DNA of 64,000 bases, from contig NW_019028991.1 in the NCBI RefSeq assembly GCF_002105155.1, positions 558,001 through 622,000 of the forward strand, written 5' to 3'. The notes beneath the pieces are model-generated. The model saw nothing but the letters and a program-made list of their open reading frames with translations. It was not told the origin of the DNA and made no database searches. Below, piece after piece: positions 59,809-64,000 of this stretch (the first letter of the stretch is position 1; each line of letters starts with the position of its first letter). The stretch is from Lobosporangium transversale (lineage: Eukaryota). The position numbers and the translations under genes were made by a program.

Positions 59809-61846
59809 CTACACAGTTGCTGCCTCCAGTCCCTCCTGGTAGCGCTTAGATGGCTTTTGAGGAAGTACTGGGCTCGTACCACGATTGGGTGCAAGGGGCA
59901 GGAACATACACTGAGGCCGATATGCTCCATCTTTGATAGTGTTCTTGTGAAGTATGGACTGAGGGAGAAGTCTAAAAACAATAAAACGCAAAAGTCTTTC
60001 ACTCCATTTCTGGAAACATCCCAAATTATTCATTGTGTCAGTAAAGATTCTAGGCAGACTCATATTTCTTTTTCATTTTCTTGTGTAATCCAACGCAACT
60101 AGTTCATCATAAACTTCGTTATGCTTTCTACATACCTGTCCATATATAACTCTGGCCATAGTTTTGCTGGCGCTAAACTGATGTTGAACATTTGGGTATC
60201 TCTGGGCCTTAAAATCCATGAACGCAGTGGTGATGTTTTGTTCAGTTGCGTTATATGCAATGTCATAAAGGCAATTTGCTAGAATGACGGCATCCTGCAT
60301 GGCATTGACGGCGCCCTGTCCAGCACTTGGGAGCATCTAAGGATTTATAAAGATGTTAGTTCAGTGTCGTTTGCCGAAAGGGTTTTAGGCGCCAGATGCA
60401 GTGAAACCTCTTTCAAGATAGTATACTATTACCTTATGAGCGGCTTTAAGAAACATGGTCATCCAAAGGAAATGGTAACGGATATTAGAATAGCAATACA
60501 GGCATTTCGGCAATTTTTTCTTTCGTCCTTTACTGCCTGTATGTTTCCCTTACCGTCTCCAATTAAGACAGTGCGTTTGTAATACCAGGTCTCAAACATC
60601 TTTTCCTCTAAAAAGACTCTCGAGATCTGATCTCGGGGCGTTTTATCAATGAACTGACCTAGTGGGCCGTATGGTGTCGCATAGTCGTAAATCTCCTTAA
60701 TCATGTTCTCGTTCCCTTCAGGGCCCCATTCTATATTCCTAATGAATGAACCATCAAGGTTAACAGCATTCAGCTGCATTTGAACACCCCAACAAATGCG
60801 TTTCCCTGGAACTGTAAATGTGCTCCACTAGTGGGACGAGACAAATGACAGTTATGAGTATGAGCATTATATCATTAACTTGATTGTTATTGGTATTGTT
60901 ATGTAGCTATGAGCGATCGTGATCCTTACGGTATAAGGTTTATCCTTGCCAATAACGAATGAAAAGTGCGTGAAATTATCCTTCAAGTGCTCATAGGTGT
61001 CTTCATCCAAGGGCTCAGCGGTTCCCACCATGGTCATGTAGCCAATCTTGAGTCCTTGAGTGTCGGTATAGGGTAACTTACCCTCTTCATTTAGGGTCTT
61101 GTACATGCTTTGACGCACGGCACTGTATGCACCATCGGCACCAACAAGGATGTCTCCATGATATGATGAGCCGTCAGCGCATTCAATCGTACCATGCCAT
61201 CCTTCAGGTGCTTAAATGAGATGACCTTTTTGCCGAAATGCACTTTGTTAGGAGGAAGCCTTGAGCGAAGTAGGTCATACAGTTTGGGGCGTGAGAACAC
61301 GACGTAGTCGTATCCAACACTGCAATAGGATGATATTTATAAATGTATGAGTGTGAAAGGATGGATGAGTGAGTGAATGAGATGACTATGAACGATTTAT
61401 GCGCAAATGATCCTAGCTTAATACTGCGGTCGTACGTCTCTTTGATACCCTCATTGCCTCGATAGGCTACTTTTGACATATCCTCATTGTAAACATTCAT
61501 GCCAGGACTGGTGAAACTAATATCCCAAGAGCTCCTGGTAAAGACCTAGCTGCTCAAATACAGGCAGGATGTTCACATTCAAGGACATAGCTGCGCCTAT
61601 ACTCGCAGTTACAGGAACATGAATAATAAGAATAATATGTAAGTTAATGGTTGTCGAGATCGGTTCAGTCACTTTTTTTTAATGCTCCGTATGCACCTCT
61701 CTGATCATACCGAGTTGCTTTACAGTGTTTGCACGCTCAAAAATCTCAAAAGGTTCGAGTAGAATACCAGAAAGATACCAGCTATTCCTGCGCCAACAAT
61801 TATGATTTTTTGATGGAGAACCCGACTGAGGCGGTATGTTGGGCAT
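59809..61846 (-). pseudogene. FAD-dependent monooxygenase with several frameshifts
   Basis: GAGIAG is out of frame with the ATG (shift in and back, ~61770-61812). Further shifts near 61525 and 61188, the latter before DILVGADGAYSAVR. LIGDA|AHK|MLPSAGQGAVNAMQDA is intact. Confidence 0.8.
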
Positions 61847-62684
61847 GATTTGATAAGATATAATGATGAGTATTAAAGATGGAGGAAGATCAACACCAAA
61901 GTTTGCGTCACCATGGGCATGTTCCAGAAATGTCACCCCTTTTAAATTAAGATGTGATTTGGCACTGTTTTTTAATACAATGAGGATGTCCCTGAAAAGA
62001 GAGGAAATCGGGGAATACTCTCACATTATTTTCACCCCATTAGGCGTGGAGAGAAAAAATAAAAAATAAACAACATGCGACAATTCACGCCAAAAATATA
62101 GTAATATTGTTGACAGGTGGAGTACAAATCATGGTAAAACTATCAGCCCACCACATGAGTCGGGCTGTAGTACTAAAAGAGCAAGGCACTGACTTAAGTA
62201 CCGAGGACTCTCAAAGTAAACAGAAAAAGATTCCATTGCTCGAGATAGGAGCTGTCGAGAAGTTGTCCAGGGGCTGCACAATGTAACCCTTACGTGAAGG
62301 GGTATGCCCCGCCCTTTAGATACAATGACTCTTTGATGGCCGGTAAACCTGTGCTTTGCATAGCAGGAAGCTCTCATAACAACAGAATTGTGAGCATTTC
62401 TAGAACGAAATGAAGGGCTAGTGCTAACATAGGCAGCAGTGTCTGTGTCAACGGCCCACTTATTTCAGCCTGAAAGCAACTCGTACCGGCACGACATTTT
62501 GTCGATGCAATGGAGACGAGGAAGGCAGAAGGAAAGCCGCGGTGATTAGGAGGCTCTGGCTATGCTTTGTTCTTTTGATATTTGTAGAGTGTGGTTGTTG
62601 ATTGTGTGATAGAAGCATAAATGGCTGTAGTGGTTGAGTTAGCAAGAGTGGTCGCAGAAGTATGGGATTGGACTAGCAGGAATC

Positions 62685-62795
62685 GTAGGCTCGTCACCAG
62701 CCTGAGGTCGAAGCTACGTGCAGCGAATGAACGTGCTGCAAGGCGGAATTGCCGCTCTTGCCGAAGCTTCTTACTCAGGCTGGTGACGAGCCTAC
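62685..62795. mobile_element. 111-bp MITE with perfect 22-bp TIRs and an AGGAATC target-site duplication
   Basis: GTAGGCTCGTCACCAGCCTGAG (62685-62706) is the reverse complement of 62774-62795. AGGAATC occurs at 62678-62684 and 62796-62802. Confidence 0.85.
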
Positions 62796-62915
62796 AGGAA
62801 TCATAGGAATCGCGACTTTTTCGCGGCCTTTCATTAAGGGTATACCACGTGACATGATTATGATGTAGCCAAAAGACTCTCAGCAAGATGGAAACCATCA
62901 CAAAGCAAGCTTCCA

Positions 62916-63019
62916 ATGAGGCTCCGGATCAGACACAAGGAGGGTATCACGACATTGACCTCTCTCACCGCACAATCTACTCTGCTGCAGTTACATGTAA
63001 GGAGCTTACATTATTCAGG

Positions 63020-63053
<34 letters not shown>

Positions 63054-64000
63054 TATAGAAGTTTATCATAATATTCAAATCTTCAATTAAAATAGTACGA
63101 GGTGGCAAAGAAGATCAAGGCGCCTGTCGACCACCTGGAGCGTATGTCTTTCTGCTTAGCCATTTATCTTTTATTCCAGTCATGGTGGGAGATGTGCTGC
63201 TATAACTCATGCTAATATACATCGTTCAATGGCCACTTTAACCCTTACAGTAAAGGTTGGATATCCTCCTCACCTATTGGTGATCAACGACGCAAATGCG
63301 CACTCCTCACTTGAGAGCCTGGGAATCAGAGATGGAGAGCAAATATTAATTTCAGAACGCTCTCAAGGAACAACATCCCCTTATAATTTCGAGTCAGCCA
63401 TCCATGAACCACCGATTTCATTAACGGTACCTAATGGAAATAGAGGTGTAGCAACTACTTTGGTAAGCTCATTGAGCACCTCTGGCAGTAACTCAAACGA
63501 GCGTGGGCTCGCTGCGCCCATAGCATCGATGGAAGGGGGCTCCGCTTTTGGCTCGTTCCCTGTTCTCCAAGGATCGGCGTTCCATGCTCCTCTCTCAACC
63601 AACCACCTCAGTACTCAAAGCAACACCCTTGATAGAACTTTTGGTTCAACTGTAGCTTCTATGCTACCTCTGACGACTCCAAACACTGGTGCCCATTCAG
63701 TTCCCGTGAGAGATCAAGGCTTACTTGTTGTGAGAGTAAATATGAGAGTTCGGCTTTCATCCTTTAGTGACAGTTACTTTCTTATGATACTTTTCAAATT
63801 AACATTTTGTCCTGCAATACTATTAAACAGCAAGTGGAGGATGATAATAGCTGTCTTTTTAATGCAGTTGCATATATTCTTGATCCTGACAAGAAGAACA
63901 ATATCAAGGCTCTCCGCCAGGTTGTTTCAGACGCTATAGAGGCGAATTCGGATACATATTCCGAAGCTATTCTAGGGTATGATTAAAGTGATGTGCATAT
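62916..64000 (+). CDS. OTU1: OTU1/YOD1 deubiquitinase, 5' part (runs off the window)
   Basis: MRLRIRHKEG and KVGYPP..SLESLGIRDGEQI (UBX-like), then LVVR|QVEDDNSCLFNAV with the catalytic Cys, and YSEAILG. Confidence 0.9.

Noticed and set aside
62560..62916. ORFs with a repeated RLVTSL peptide
   Set aside because: Artefact of translating the MITE's inverted repeats.

Overview
Gene-dense, intron-rich eukaryotic DNA, most likely from an early-diverging fungus. Mortierellaceae-like is my inference, from gene content, short GT-AG introns and long intronic poly-A/T runs. It holds about 21 intact genes: PAH, citrate synthase, an FHA-kinase, a nucleotide-sugar transporter, ATG13, DTD1, UMP1, an EF-hand protein, a CTC1-like protein, a coiled-coil protein, SLA2, a small Prp6-HAT-like protein, an F-box protein, DGAT2, arsH, a BCKDK/PDK-family kinase, an M28 aminopeptidase, CAB4, MTR10, a Prx5-type peroxiredoxin and a partial OTU1. 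The intergenic DNA carries signals the ORF track misses. These are a decayed Fanzor1/TnpB-like nuclease gene (~14.9-16.4 kb), a decayed bacterial-type arsC with a probable intron facing an intact intronless arsH, a Crinkler-like relic, a frameshifted FAD monooxygenase, and two TIR/TSD-bounded MITEs. All homology calls come from motif recognition by eye; no searches were run. Exon boundaries are approximate.
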